Of a DNA stretch of 64,000 nt, positions 50,644-61,677 are shown piece by piece (position 1 is the first letter of the stretch; each line of letters opens with the position of its first letter). The stretch covers positions 6,773,838 through 6,837,837 of the forward strand of contig MU056050.1 of assembly GCA_013239625.1 (NCBI GenBank), written 5' to 3'. The notes beneath the pieces are model-generated. The model saw only the letters and a program-made list of their open reading frames with translations. It was not told the DNA's origin and did not search any database. A program made the position numbers and the translations under genes. The stretch comes from Lama guanicoe (lineage: Eukaryota).

Positions 50644-50730
50644 CTCGGCGCCGGGGCAGGCTGGTCCGGGAGGGCGAGGAGCAGGGCTCTCCCACACGTC
50701 GCGCCGCCAATGGCAAGTTGGAGGGCGAGA
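50644..50730 (-). other. ELF4: Candidate ELF4 non-coding first exon 1a (5' end lost in the N gap)
   Basis: Consensus donor GAG|GTGAGT after 50644 inside the promoter CpG island. Confidence 0.55.
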
Positions 50731-50860
50731 NNNNNNNNNNNNNNNNNNNNNNNNNNNNNNNNNNNNNNNNNNNNNNNNNNNNNNNNNNNNNNNNNNNNNN
50801 NNNNNNNNNNNNNNNNNNNNNNNNNNNNNNNNNNNNNNNNNNNNNNNNNNNNNNNNNNNN
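50731..50860. other. Assembly gap (130 N)
   Basis: Run of n in the GC-rich promoter core. Confidence 0.99.
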
Positions 50861-52102
50861 GGCGGGAGGGAGGGAAGAGCCGGAGGGAGGGACCGACGGG
50901 AGGGACCACGAGCGGGCGGGGTGGGGGAGGGCGCGAGGGAGGAACGAGGCGTCTTGGTGGAAACAGCGCCCCTCCACCCCCGGCCCGCCGCGGTCGCCAG
51001 CACGGCAGGGGGAGCCGTGCCAGGGGCCCGCGCGGCCTCTCCTTCCCCTCCCGCCTCCCTCACCCCCGAGGGACCACGAGAGCCCGCCCCCCCCTCCAGG
51101 GCCCAGGTCGCGCGCCCAGCGCCCCGCGCTCAGCTCCCACGCGGCGCGTCCCAGGGCCCCTGCAGCTCCCAGCGGGAAGCCTCCGCACAATGCCTCACAG
51201 AGAAAGCCACTCCATTCCCCGGGGGAATCTGGAGCGCTATGTCCGGCCTGCGCACTCCACTCGCTTGACGCCTTTGGCCCCGGCCCTGTGCTCCAGATTA
51301 TTATGGAGCGCCTGCTGTGTGGCGGACCTGGCGTGAAGGCGGGCCAAGCGGGTGGGCGAGGCCAGGAGATGCCCAGAGTACACAATTCGGGAACGATATG
51401 CCAAACATCGCGGAATCCGGGGCCAAATGCGTCGTGCACTTGGCGTGACTGGACAGTCTGGGGGATTTCTGAGGGAAGTCGAGCCTAGGGCTCGACAATG
51501 TGCTCCTGGTGGAGGAGGCCAGGAGAGTGTGAATCAGGGGAAGGGTTGGGGGAAGACGGGTTGGTGCAGCAGGTGCAAAGGTAGCCAGGGTTGGGGTGCT
51601 GGGGAAAAGCTTATGTCCTCCTCCTGTCCAAAGCCAGCTGAACCCCAGTCTCTCATTCTACTTCCCCCTTACCCTCTCCTCAGACCTGCCTCAGCATCCA
51701 CATCAGCTCTCCTTGCCCCCCTCCCCACAACCTGGTCCTAAAGCTAGGAGGCTCTAGGAAGGAGTTGGCTGGGAATTGCCACTTATGGCTCCACATGGTC
51801 TGGGGGAGGGGCCCAGCCAGGCCTCAGCCCTGCCACCTCCTTGGCAGAAAGCAGTAAAGCGGAAGGGGCCCCAGGGGAGGAGGGCTCTCTGAGGGGTGGG
51901 GGCGGCCCAAGGGCCTGAGGTTCAGCGACCTGCTCAGCCACCCGCATCTGTCTTTCCCCAGCCTTGGGAAAGTCTACTCCCTGGCACAGGACTAGGGAGC
52001 AGGAGTGGTGGTGGATAATAGCCCGTGAAGGCAGCTGCAGATTACTGGTTTCCAGGGAAAGACCTAGACGCTGGACTGGGGCACGAGGGCACCTTGAAAC
52101 CT

Positions 52103-52341
52103 CTTGGCTACCTAAAGTTGAGTCCCTGAAATAAGAGCCAAGGGCAGATTTCCACTTTTTTCTCTTGTAAGTGGGCACACTTTCCCCAGGGGATTCCGGA
52201 TTCTGAAGACACACGATTTTCTGTTGTCCTCTAGCCCATGAGGCTCCCCTCTCAAAATTGTGGTAGGTCTCAGCCATCCCTAAGCCCCCTTTACCTTGAT
52301 TTTCTCTCCCTCCCTCCCTCTCCCTCTCTCTCTCTCTCTCA

Positions 52342-52390
<49 letters not shown>

Positions 52391-52633
52391 ACAACTTGGC
52401 TACCTAAAGTTGAGTCCCTGAAATAAGAGCCAAGGGCAGATTTCCACTTTTTTCTCTTGTAAGTGGGCACACTTTCCCCAGGGGATTCCGGATTCTGAAG
52501 ACACACGATTTTCTGTTGTCCTCTAGCCCATGAGGCTCCCCTCTCAAAATTGTGGTAGGTCTCAGCCATCCCTAAGCCCCCTTTACCTTGATTTTCTCTC
52601 CCTCCCTCCCTCTCCCTCTCTCTCTCTCTCTCA

Positions 52634-52680
<47 letters not shown>
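52103..52680. repeat. Tandem duplication with 292-bp period, each copy ending in (CT)n-(AC)23
   Basis: Copies start at 52103 and 52395 (cttggctacctaaagttgag...) and appear identical by eye. Confidence 0.95.
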
Positions 52681-52682
<2 letters not shown>

Positions 52683-52699
52683 CCATTTTGCTAAGAGTT

Positions 52700-52930
52700 C
52701 AGTGGTCTCTAACATCAGACAGACCTGGGTTCCTATTGCGGCTGCACTGTTTACCGGCTGTGTGCCTTTGGGCGAGTCACTTAAATTCTCAGAGCTTCAC
52801 TCTCCTTATTTTTAAATTGGGGATTATAATAATCTACCTCTCAAGGCTGTAGTGAGGTGTGAATGATATAGCCTACGTCTCTGGCATTGCCTCACGCTTA
52901 GTGAGCCCTCACTAAATGTTAGCTGCCTTC
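52700..52930 (+). mobile_element. MIR
   Basis: cagacagacctgggtt...ctgtgtgcctttgggcgagtcacttaaattctcagagcttc...aataatctacctctcaaggctgtagtgagg. Confidence 0.75.
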
Positions 52931-55877
52931 AGCATCATCTCCGTCTCAGATCGTTTTTCTCAACCCGGCTCTCGGGAGAAAGTCTGCCAGGGCCCGAAAC
53001 TACTGAGGACTAATGGTGGATGCCTCCTATGAGTTGTGGTTTAAACTAACATTGAATCCTCAAGGCATGGAATTACCAGAGGAGAGGTCTCCCTCTTGGG
53101 AAGGGCAGGGAGAGAGGGTAACAATGTGCAGACCAGATCACGGTAACAGACCCTAATGCCTGCCAGTGACCTGGAACCCATGGCCTGTGGGAATCCCATA
53201 AGTTCCCACCATCCCCCACCACTGGGAACTAACCACAGCCCCATGCATGACCTGGGAGTTGCAGCGACAGCAAACCCCACCCCCTTGATGAAAATCTGGT
53301 GCTGACCTCGCCTTAGGGAGCTGTAGGCCACCTGAACGACCTTCCTGACTCCATTGCTCCAGGTCAGCTGGGCTGCCCTTCCTGATGACCTTGCTGCTCC
53401 CCAGCCCTTTCCCCCAGCTGGCTGCCCGCTCTTTCACTTACCCGTTGGGTGAGCCCCAGCCAGGTGGGGCCAGCCTGCTGAGATCACCACTCCTGACGAC
53501 AGCCACGATGTCTCTGCCAATGGCTCACTCCCTGACTTGGCAGGAATTCCCCTTCTCCAGTTGCCCATGGATGCCCAGGCTGTGCCATCCAGTGCACACT
53601 CTTGGCCTCTCTCCTTCCAGACCTGTTTCCCCCGCTGCTATCCAACCCCAACTTGGTCCCCTCAGTCCTCAGAGCCAGGGTCCTTCTGGGAGCCTCCTGG
53701 CTGCCCACAGCCTGTGGAGGGCTATCTCCCTGCTTCTGTGCTCTACTTGCCTTTCCACCTTGGCCACTTTCTCAGACCCTCTTTGTCCCCTCTCTTAAGC
53801 AGTGCCTGATAGCCTATGTTCTGCAAATCACTCCAGGTTCTCCGGAGACCAAGTGGCTGTTTGCTTCCTTCCTCCCTTAACCCCTTAGCTTCAACAAATT
53901 CTGTTCAAACCTGTGACCAGAAGAAAACACCACAGTGCCACAGCTTCTGTGGCCATGGCCCTTACTTTCCACCACAGACACATGCTAGAAGAGTTGCCTA
54001 TCAATCAGACTTTCGGAATGAGAAGCATATGCACAAGCCAGGAGAAAAGTTATGGTTTAAAAGGAATCTCCCACCCCCCCATAAAGCTAAGTCCCCTCTA
54101 ATCCTTTCTATACAGCTGGCAACCATTCCTCTGTTGATACGTTCAGTAACTCCAGATTGGCCTCTGTTGGCTTGACATGAGGAGGCCTTAGGTAGCTCCA
54201 AAGGACAGACAAAAATCTTTAAGTCCCAGATTGTGGCTGGGCATCATAAGGAGTTTTTGTTCTAAAAAGATTGTTGAGTAGCTGAAAAATAGAAGGATTC
54301 CTTGGGATAGGTTATACCATCCTGGGAGACATCTATTGTCTGGCCCATATGGGGGGGGGTAACGGGGAGTAGGGTGCCCAGGCCAAAGCACAGGCATGCC
54401 GGTGGGAGGATGTAGTTGGGAGCAACTTCTCAGATCATGACTTTCATCTGGCCAACCACCTTCCTTGGCTGGGGCTCTTGGAAAGCCATTTGGTTCCCCC
54501 CGCCCACCCTGCTCTCATTAAAATGGAGAGTTTTACATTTCTCCTCCAGGCCTTTACTGGGACAGGCCCTGGCATCCTGAGAGCCCCTACAAAACTTCAG
54601 AGGAGCACTGGGTTTCACTTCTTGGAGGGGCTGGCCTGGCCTGTGCAGCCTGCCTGGAGGGAAATGACAGCCAGATATAGGAGGTGCCTGGAGTCAGTGC
54701 TCTGCATGTCCACCCTGGGCTCAGCGGCTGCTGGGAGGTGCTGTCCCCATTGCACGCACAGCCAGGGGAGCAGGCCTTGTGTTTGGGAAACAGATTCAAT
54801 GCCCTCTGGGTTGATGTAGGTTGGCATAGGGAGAGGGACCCAATCTTGAGGTTCATTTGCAAAAAATAAGGAAGAATTGGCTTTAGGCAGTGTTCAGTAA
54901 ATGAGGGCAAGCCCTCTGGAGTCTCTGATCCCACTGGTCCCTAGCTTCTATCTTGGGGCCAAGGCTTAGCCTGGAAGATTCCCTTGGACCAGGGCCGAGG
55001 GCAGGCACCTGCTCTGGGGCATCTATCAGAGGCAGCACAGCATCTTGAGTTTCGGGGCCACTGTCTAGTGGAGCCAAAGTTAACCCCTCAACCTCTGACA
55101 TCGGCTGGCCCAACACCCATCTTGTGTGGAGGGGCAGGCTCACTGGGCCCCACAGCCCTGTGGAGATTTCAAATGACACTCCAAAGGTGCCTCCCCTCAA
55201 GGCTGCAGGAAATCAAGGGGACTTAAGGAGGCCTTGGCCCAAGGAGCTGCTGCTGGGGGCAGGAGTCAGTATTGGGGTACAGAGGGATGCCAACACAAGG
55301 AGGCCTTGTTGGAGGAGAGCACCAAGTGATTTCTGTGGCCCCTGAGTGTGCTAGAGGACAGGGACACAAGCAGCCATCGAGCTGGGCATTCCCTCCTCAG
55401 ATGGAGAGGAGGCTCAGGAGAGCAGAGGGGGCTCCAGTCACATTGCACGGAGTTCTATACATTCTATATGGTGAATGGCACCCCCTGGAGTTGTGCAGAG
55501 AGGGGGAGGTAAGGACAGACCCAGGAGAGCTGAGGAGGGGCTCTTGAATGGAAAGGAGAGAAAAGGAAGGACTCGGACTGGAACACCATGGTAGGGCGCT
55601 GGGCCTGACTCCAGGCCCTCGGGACTGGGGAGGACGCGCGGTAATTGGGAGACACTGTGAAGGGGTCTTAGCTCCCAGTTGCACTCACTTCACATCCTAC
55701 CAGAGGGCAGTTCAGGGGTGAGATTTGCACCGGGAGGCAGAGAATTCTGCTCTTGCAGGATTGCCCCATCCCACAGGGACACGAGGACAGGCCTGAGCCA
55801 TGCTAGACAGAGGCCCAGCAGGAGAGCAGGCGCTCCCCAGTTTCCCCACCCTGCCCCCACCGTGGGGGTCGAGTGGA

Positions 55878-55905
55878 GTTGTTGTTGTTGTTGTTGTTGT
55901 TGTTG
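55878..55905. repeat. (GTT)9 microsatellite
   Basis: Read directly; it explains the poly-Q, poly-C and poly-V runs in the spurious ORFs here. Confidence 0.95.
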
Positions 55906-57779
55906 AATCCAGAAAAACACAACATTTAACGTCTATAAAGGTGCAGTATGAGTCATTTCACGGAATGTCTAGGCCCCTTTGCTGGCAGCAAACAAACTTT
56001 CCAGCCCTCTTTTGAGGAAGCCTTCCAACTGGGCTGCTGCCGCTGGTTTGTGTGTGAGAGTGTGTGAGTGTGTGTGGATCTGTGTGTGGGATGGGTCTCT
56101 GGAGGACCTTGCCTGCCTATGTGTGAGTCCGTGTGGGTCCCTCAGATGTGAGTGAGAGTGCAACCGTGGCTGGGGTGTGTGTGTGTGTGTCTGCACACAC
56201 ACATGCACGCACATGGGCTCGACTCTTGGATGCGAGTGTCAAGTCCCCTCATGCGTGCGCGTGTGTTTGTGGAGGGCGTGTGCATGTGTGTGTCTGCAAG
56301 GCGGTGTGGTATGTGAGCCTGTGCCTCACAGGGTGTCTACGTGTACATTTTTTTCCACATCGCTGCCAAATTATCTTCCCATCTCTCCCCTCACGAAGTG
56401 AAGGGCTAGCTAAGGGAAGCTAGCGGTCTAAGTGGGGGGGCAGCTGCGGAGTGGAGGGGGTTGGAGGGAAACCAAAGCAATTCCACTCGTCGGAGGAAAG
56501 TGTCAGCCAAGGATGAAACTGAAACCGAGGCAGCAGCTCTAAGGCACCAGCACCCTGGGATCGTCCCGGGGCTTAGGTTCCTCCCACTCCCCCGCCTCCT
56601 CCAGCCGGCTATGGAGATTAGTCAGCCTGAAATTCCCATCCCTGCAGCCTCGACTTGGGGTTGAAGCAATGAGGCTGGTCTAGAAATTGGCCCATGGTTT
56701 GCACGTGACCCCATTAGCGCCCATTATCACATTAACACAAATTAGTATATCAGATCCTCTCCCCGTCACCTAGTGGAGCGCAGGGCCAGGCTGGAGGGAG
56801 AGGTCACAGTTCTGGGAGGAGAAGCCAGCATGTGAGCATCAAGGGAGGGGGCAGGCTGAGGACTGTGGCGGGTCAGGTTGGGGACAGAAGGAGGGCACAA
56901 GGGACATCAAGCTTTGACAATAGGATTCTTTGCCTAGGTTGTGCTCTGGGAGGAGACACCTTGAGGAGGGGGTTAGTAGAAAGGAGGGGGTTTCCAGGAA
57001 CAGCTGGGCACCGCCCTGTAGGAAGGAGGCCCGGGCTTTGAGGTCTGGGCGGGAGACAGACGGTATTTCTCCTGGCACACAGGGAAACCTGGGAACGTTT
57101 AGGATCCTTTGGGTTTTTTTTCCCCTTTCCTCTTCTTTATGGAAAATCCTTAGATAACTTTCTCAGATGGCTCTGGGCATCCTGCAAGCAGGGGAGCTGG
57201 ACTGACTGACAGAGAAGAGGTATCCAGAACACTAGTACAGGGCAAAGCTTTTATATCTTGGCACAGATAAGGGTGACACACTCTACCTATGTATTTATAT
57301 GTAAAGTTGTATCAGGGGAATAACCAGCCACTGGAGACTCTGGAAAGGGTGAGACTGGAGCCCCCGCCACTTTTTTTTTTCAGCTTAAAGGTGTCTGACC
57401 ACAGGTTATTTTTGTGCCCTGATATTCTCAATATGTTAACTATAAACAGCCACCACATAACCATGAACCAACACGGGAAGGTCAGCTGCATCATGACTTC
57501 TGGAGCTCAGGGCCTGCACCGAGGCAGGGCACAAAGCTCTATCAACCGAGACCAAGGTTGCAAGTTTGAGCCCTAAATGGGCCTCTTCGCTTTTTTTTTC
57601 TCACATAGCTGCTCGATCGACAAGCACGAAATCCCTGACCATCGCCCAAGGCTGAGTCCCTACCCCTCATCTAGTCCAAACTCTGGTCCCAGACTGCGCT
57701 CCAACCTAGGCCACAGTCTATCCCTGGGCAGGAGATGCAGTTTTGGTCTCAAGGGAGCCAGGCTGGAGAGTGGCTGTTC

Positions 57780-58870
57780 AGGGAAACCCACCCCTAATGC
57801 CCGAGACGCGACTCAAAGTTTCCATTCTACTGCCCGCGGGTCGAGAGCGCCATCCCCGGAGAGGAAACGCTGACCCTGAACCGCGATCCTTTAGTTGGGG
57901 GTGAGCCGCCCCGAGCTCTGCGGGGCCCGGGAGGTGGCCCGAGGGACCCTGAAGAAGCGCTCACCAGGCAGCCCCACTTCTGGACGCTAGCGCAGCAGGT
58001 CGGCTCTGGGGACTCTGCCGCCACTCGAGTGGAAGCGCCGGGTCCGGGCGGCAGTGGGGATTGTGGCGGCCCCTCCTGCCTTCCTCTCGCCGCCCCCTTG
58101 CTGGGCGCGCGCGCCCAGCATGGGCGGGATCCCCGCGGGTGCTGAGTTTCCCCTCCCGACCCCCAGCAGCGAGCCCAGGGCGCCTCTGCAGCGCCACCTG
58201 CAGGCCGAACGGGCGCAGCGCCGCATCTCGGGCCGAGGCGGGAACTGGCTAGAGAGAGGGCGGAGGAGATGGGGAGAGGTCGACTCCGCGGCTACGAGCG
58301 GTCCACGCTCGCCAGCGGCCTCCTGGTCCCGCCCGGGTCCCGCGCCCCGTCCAGTGCCCCGCCCGGCTCTCTGACCTTCTACTCCTGCTGCTGCACGCGG
58401 AGCGGCCTCCTGCCGCGAGCGCCTCTTCTCGGGAAGCGGTGAAGCCACACTGAGCCCGATCTGCTGACTCATGAGAATCCTCCCTGTCTCCGGCACACCC
58501 CTCGAAACTTCCCCTCAATCCCTTCTTTCCTGCCCCCACTTCCTCGAGCCCCAGCAGGTGGGTAGGAGTGGCTTCGGATTCCCGGGGAAGGACCTGGTGG
58601 GGCAGCTGGGAGGGGAGGGGAGGGGTGGGCGGGAGTCTCCCTGGAGATCTCGGCGGCCGGTCCCGGCCCCACCGCGCCGCGCTGTTCTGGGGCGCACGGG
58701 GTATGCCCGGGAGGGAACTGTATGTTTGCGACTTTGTGTAAAACTCCCATTGAGGTATCCTTTGGCAAGTCTCCACCTCGCACAGTGAGTGCCTGTGGAG
58801 GGGATGGCGTCTGGGAACCTCCTTCCGTCCTCCTCCTCGGGACTTGAGGACTGGCCCGGGTGTTCACTTA
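57780..58870. promoter_or_regulatory. CpG island about 7 kb upstream of the ELF4 promoter, with CTCF-like and AP-1 motifs
   Basis: High CpG density; CGGCCTGCAGGTGGCGCTG (- strand) at 58189-58207; TGACTCA near 58465. Confidence 0.75.
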
Positions 58871-61088
58871 GAAGCTGAGGTCTTTGGGAGCCTCCTGTTC
58901 CAATGAGCAGGCCAGGACAAGGGCTGGCGCCACCAAGGGGACAAATGTGGAGTGCTCTGAGCCTTGAGCTGCCCTCGACTCCTACTAAAAGTCCAACTGA
59001 TAAGTTGCTGAAGAGGTCACTGTGGCCTTCCTCCTAGAATTTGGTACTGGTCCAGGCCAGGTTGAGGTGGGGGTGACTTTGAAGCCACAGGTTCCCTGTT
59101 TTCACCGCCACTCTGGCCCCCACACTGTGCCATTAGTTTGAGGATTCCCACGGGAGTGGGAGACCAAAATTCCACTCAGGTTGCTTGGGATATTGGTCTC
59201 AGTAAAGGTGGCTGAAGGTCTCAGGCTCGGGCTATAGAAGGCTTCAAGCTGGAGGGGCTCTACTGGCCTCCTCTGAAACACCTAAAGCTCCCCTTTCCCT
59301 CTGGAGGAACAATGATTCTTAAGCATCCTCTTCCACCCTGTATGCAGTTGCCTTCATCTCTACAGTAAGAGCTGGGAGGTGAAGCTTGCAAACTTCCTGG
59401 CTCACTTGTCTCTGCACTTGGGGGCAGGGCTCTGCCAAGGCCATGGCCTGTGTGGAAATGGCCATGGACTAAGAGCAAAGCAGGTATCAGGCTAGTCTCG
59501 CAACTTGAGGTTTATATGGAATGAGGGGGCTTTTTCTGAGCTAATTATCTCAGCATCAAGTTGAAAGCTGCCTGGGTTATGGTGGCTATATACCAGCCAG
59601 CTCTGCAGGGTGTGTTTGTTGGGGCTTGGGAGACACTGAACAGTTGGGTAGGAATGTATGTGCTAGGATCATGGCTGAGAATAGTCTCACCATAAAGCCT
59701 TGCTGGGGAAATTCCAGGCTTGAGGCCAGTCTTTTTTAGGGACTAAAGGATGCCACCTTCCATGGAGCCCAGTTTTGAGGCTGTCAGACTCTCCATGGAG
59801 AGCAAATCAGGCAAGGAGAAATTTCTAGGGGCCTAGGTCTAGATATAACTTGCTAGGTCAAAGACTCCTAAACCTCAAACTAAAACAAACAATCAAAAAG
59901 GACCTGTAAATCTAGTTGAGCCAAAGGGACAGCAGAGGCAATGTGGGGAGACGTTTGTTATGGGCTTTGGGTCCCACTAGCATCTGCTTTAGACCTTAGA
60001 GATGAAAGACAACTGAGTCCGTGGAGAAATGAAGAAAGTCCTTGCAAGCACCCGGGAGACTTTTCCATACACAGGAGGTTAGAGCTGAGGGTGGAGGGAT
60101 GATCTAGTCTGTCGCTGTCATTTTACAGATAAGGCTGCCGAGATCTAGGAAAGTAGCTGCTCTGGGTCATCCAGGAATGGATGGCCGGGCTGAGACTCAA
60201 ATCCCAAAGAGCACTCTTTCTGCTGTGCTCCACAGCTTTGAGAGGAAGAAACGCAGGCAGGGAGCACTTCCTGGAATCTGAAGAAGCAGCCATGGGAGAA
60301 GAGAAACAAGGAGGAGAGGAAGGAGGGGAGATAAAGGTGCTAAGGAAAAGTGAAGAGGAAGCGAGAGGGGCTACTGATCTCTTTGGACAAGGAGACTATC
60401 AGCTGCATTCTCTGGTCTCAGTGTATTACACATATGCAGTTAAGTAAACATATTCATGTTCTGTTCTTAGTGATGACAGAGAATGTGCAACCAAAGAATG
60501 GAGGAAGGACCATGGTTTGGTCAGTGAGGGAAAAGCCTGGACAAGGCTGAAGCATAACAGTAAAGTAACCAACCTGAGGAGTACCAAAGTTCCAGTTGAG
60601 CTCACACATCGTACTCCCCGCACTTCTGTTGCACTGGTAGTTCCTGTTGACTTGTCTGTGTCACCACTAGGTTAAAAAGCCATCGAGGGCAGGGCCTGTA
60701 ATATTACTCATCTTCTTATCACCAGGGCTGATCGGCCCATGGCATACGGTGGTTGCACAGTATATTTGCTAGCTGGCCAATAAAACCATTTATGAACGTG
60801 TGTATGTATTTATAAATTCAACAGCCATGTTGGGTGCTCCTCCAGAAGCATCTCTGTGTTGTGCTGCAAATATCAAGACATCACAGTCAGGACCCGGCCT
60901 GGGAAGCCAGTCACCTCTGTCCAGACACCAAATGGGACTCCTGTGCGTCTCCAGCTCAGACACAGACCTTGGAGGCTCCACTGGGACTTGGTAAGGTCTT
61001 CAAGAAAGTACAAGCCTAGGCAAAACTCAAAGGGGTCTCTGCCTGGTGGCGGGCCTCTGGAAGGTATTTTGGCTCTTTGTCTCCAAAC

Positions 61089-61677
61089 TGTCAGTGCCCA
61101 TCAGCCAAAGACCACCAGGGCACTCTGTGCCTGGACAAGTCAGGTTTATTGCTCACTGCAGCGAGGGCAAATGCACACCATGGAGAAGTGCTGGGAAGGA
61201 CTTATTATAGGATTTGGGCCAGGCTAGGTGATCTGGGGAAGGGTTTAAGGAAGCCAGGCTTTGCTCTGGACTGGATGCTGTCAGGAAGCAGGGATAATTT
61301 GACGACTAAGTGTCTCATTAAATAAATGGTATCGAGTAGGAGGGCAGACTAGAATGAGGCTCCATCTGTAATTGGCCAGGAAGCTGCAGTCACTTGGATT
61401 AGCCACAATGGGGGGTGGGGTTTGCTCATCTCTGTGGTTTGGGCACTGTTTGTATTTTTGCCTGTGTTCACACGTGATTATGGAGTGGTCTTGTTTTTGA
61501 CTCTATCCACCATGGTCAGGATGGCCTTGTATGAGGCTAATGTGTTGTGAATCTGTTTCTGTTCAACGCAACACCCAAGCCTAGTGGGGAGTACTAAGCC
61601 AGTTTTTAGCAACACCAAGGCCTTGCTGACAGTCCCAGCCAGCTTCCAGATGTCAGGGGCTATGTTTCTCTTTCTCA
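61089..61677 (-). mobile_element. Solo LTR, ERVL-class (MER54/MER74-like)
   Basis: About 590 bp with TG...CA termini (TGAGAAAGAGAAACATAGCCCCTGACATCTGG...GATGGGCACTGACA on the - strand) and AATAAA (- strand) at 61145-61150 near its 3' end. The family call is from memory. Confidence 0.65.

Larger units (their letters stand above)
49600..51500. promoter_or_regulatory. ELF4 promoter CpG island
   Basis: Very GC- and CpG-rich with GC boxes; sits upstream of the ~24 kb first intron and contains donor sites facing ELF4. Confidence 0.85.

Noticed and set aside
50156..51488. Long ORFs (427, 337, 257 and 233 aa) across the promoter
   Set aside because: They are Gly/Pro/Arg-rich products of a stop-poor CpG island, run through an N gap, and contain no recognisable domain.
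51783..52815. Duplicated ORFs with VCVC, ERER and HTHT runs
   Set aside because: Translations of the microsatellites within the tandem duplication.
57827..58867. Multiple 100-175 aa ORFs in the upstream CpG island
   Set aside because: Same GC-rich artefact; low complexity and no recognisable protein.
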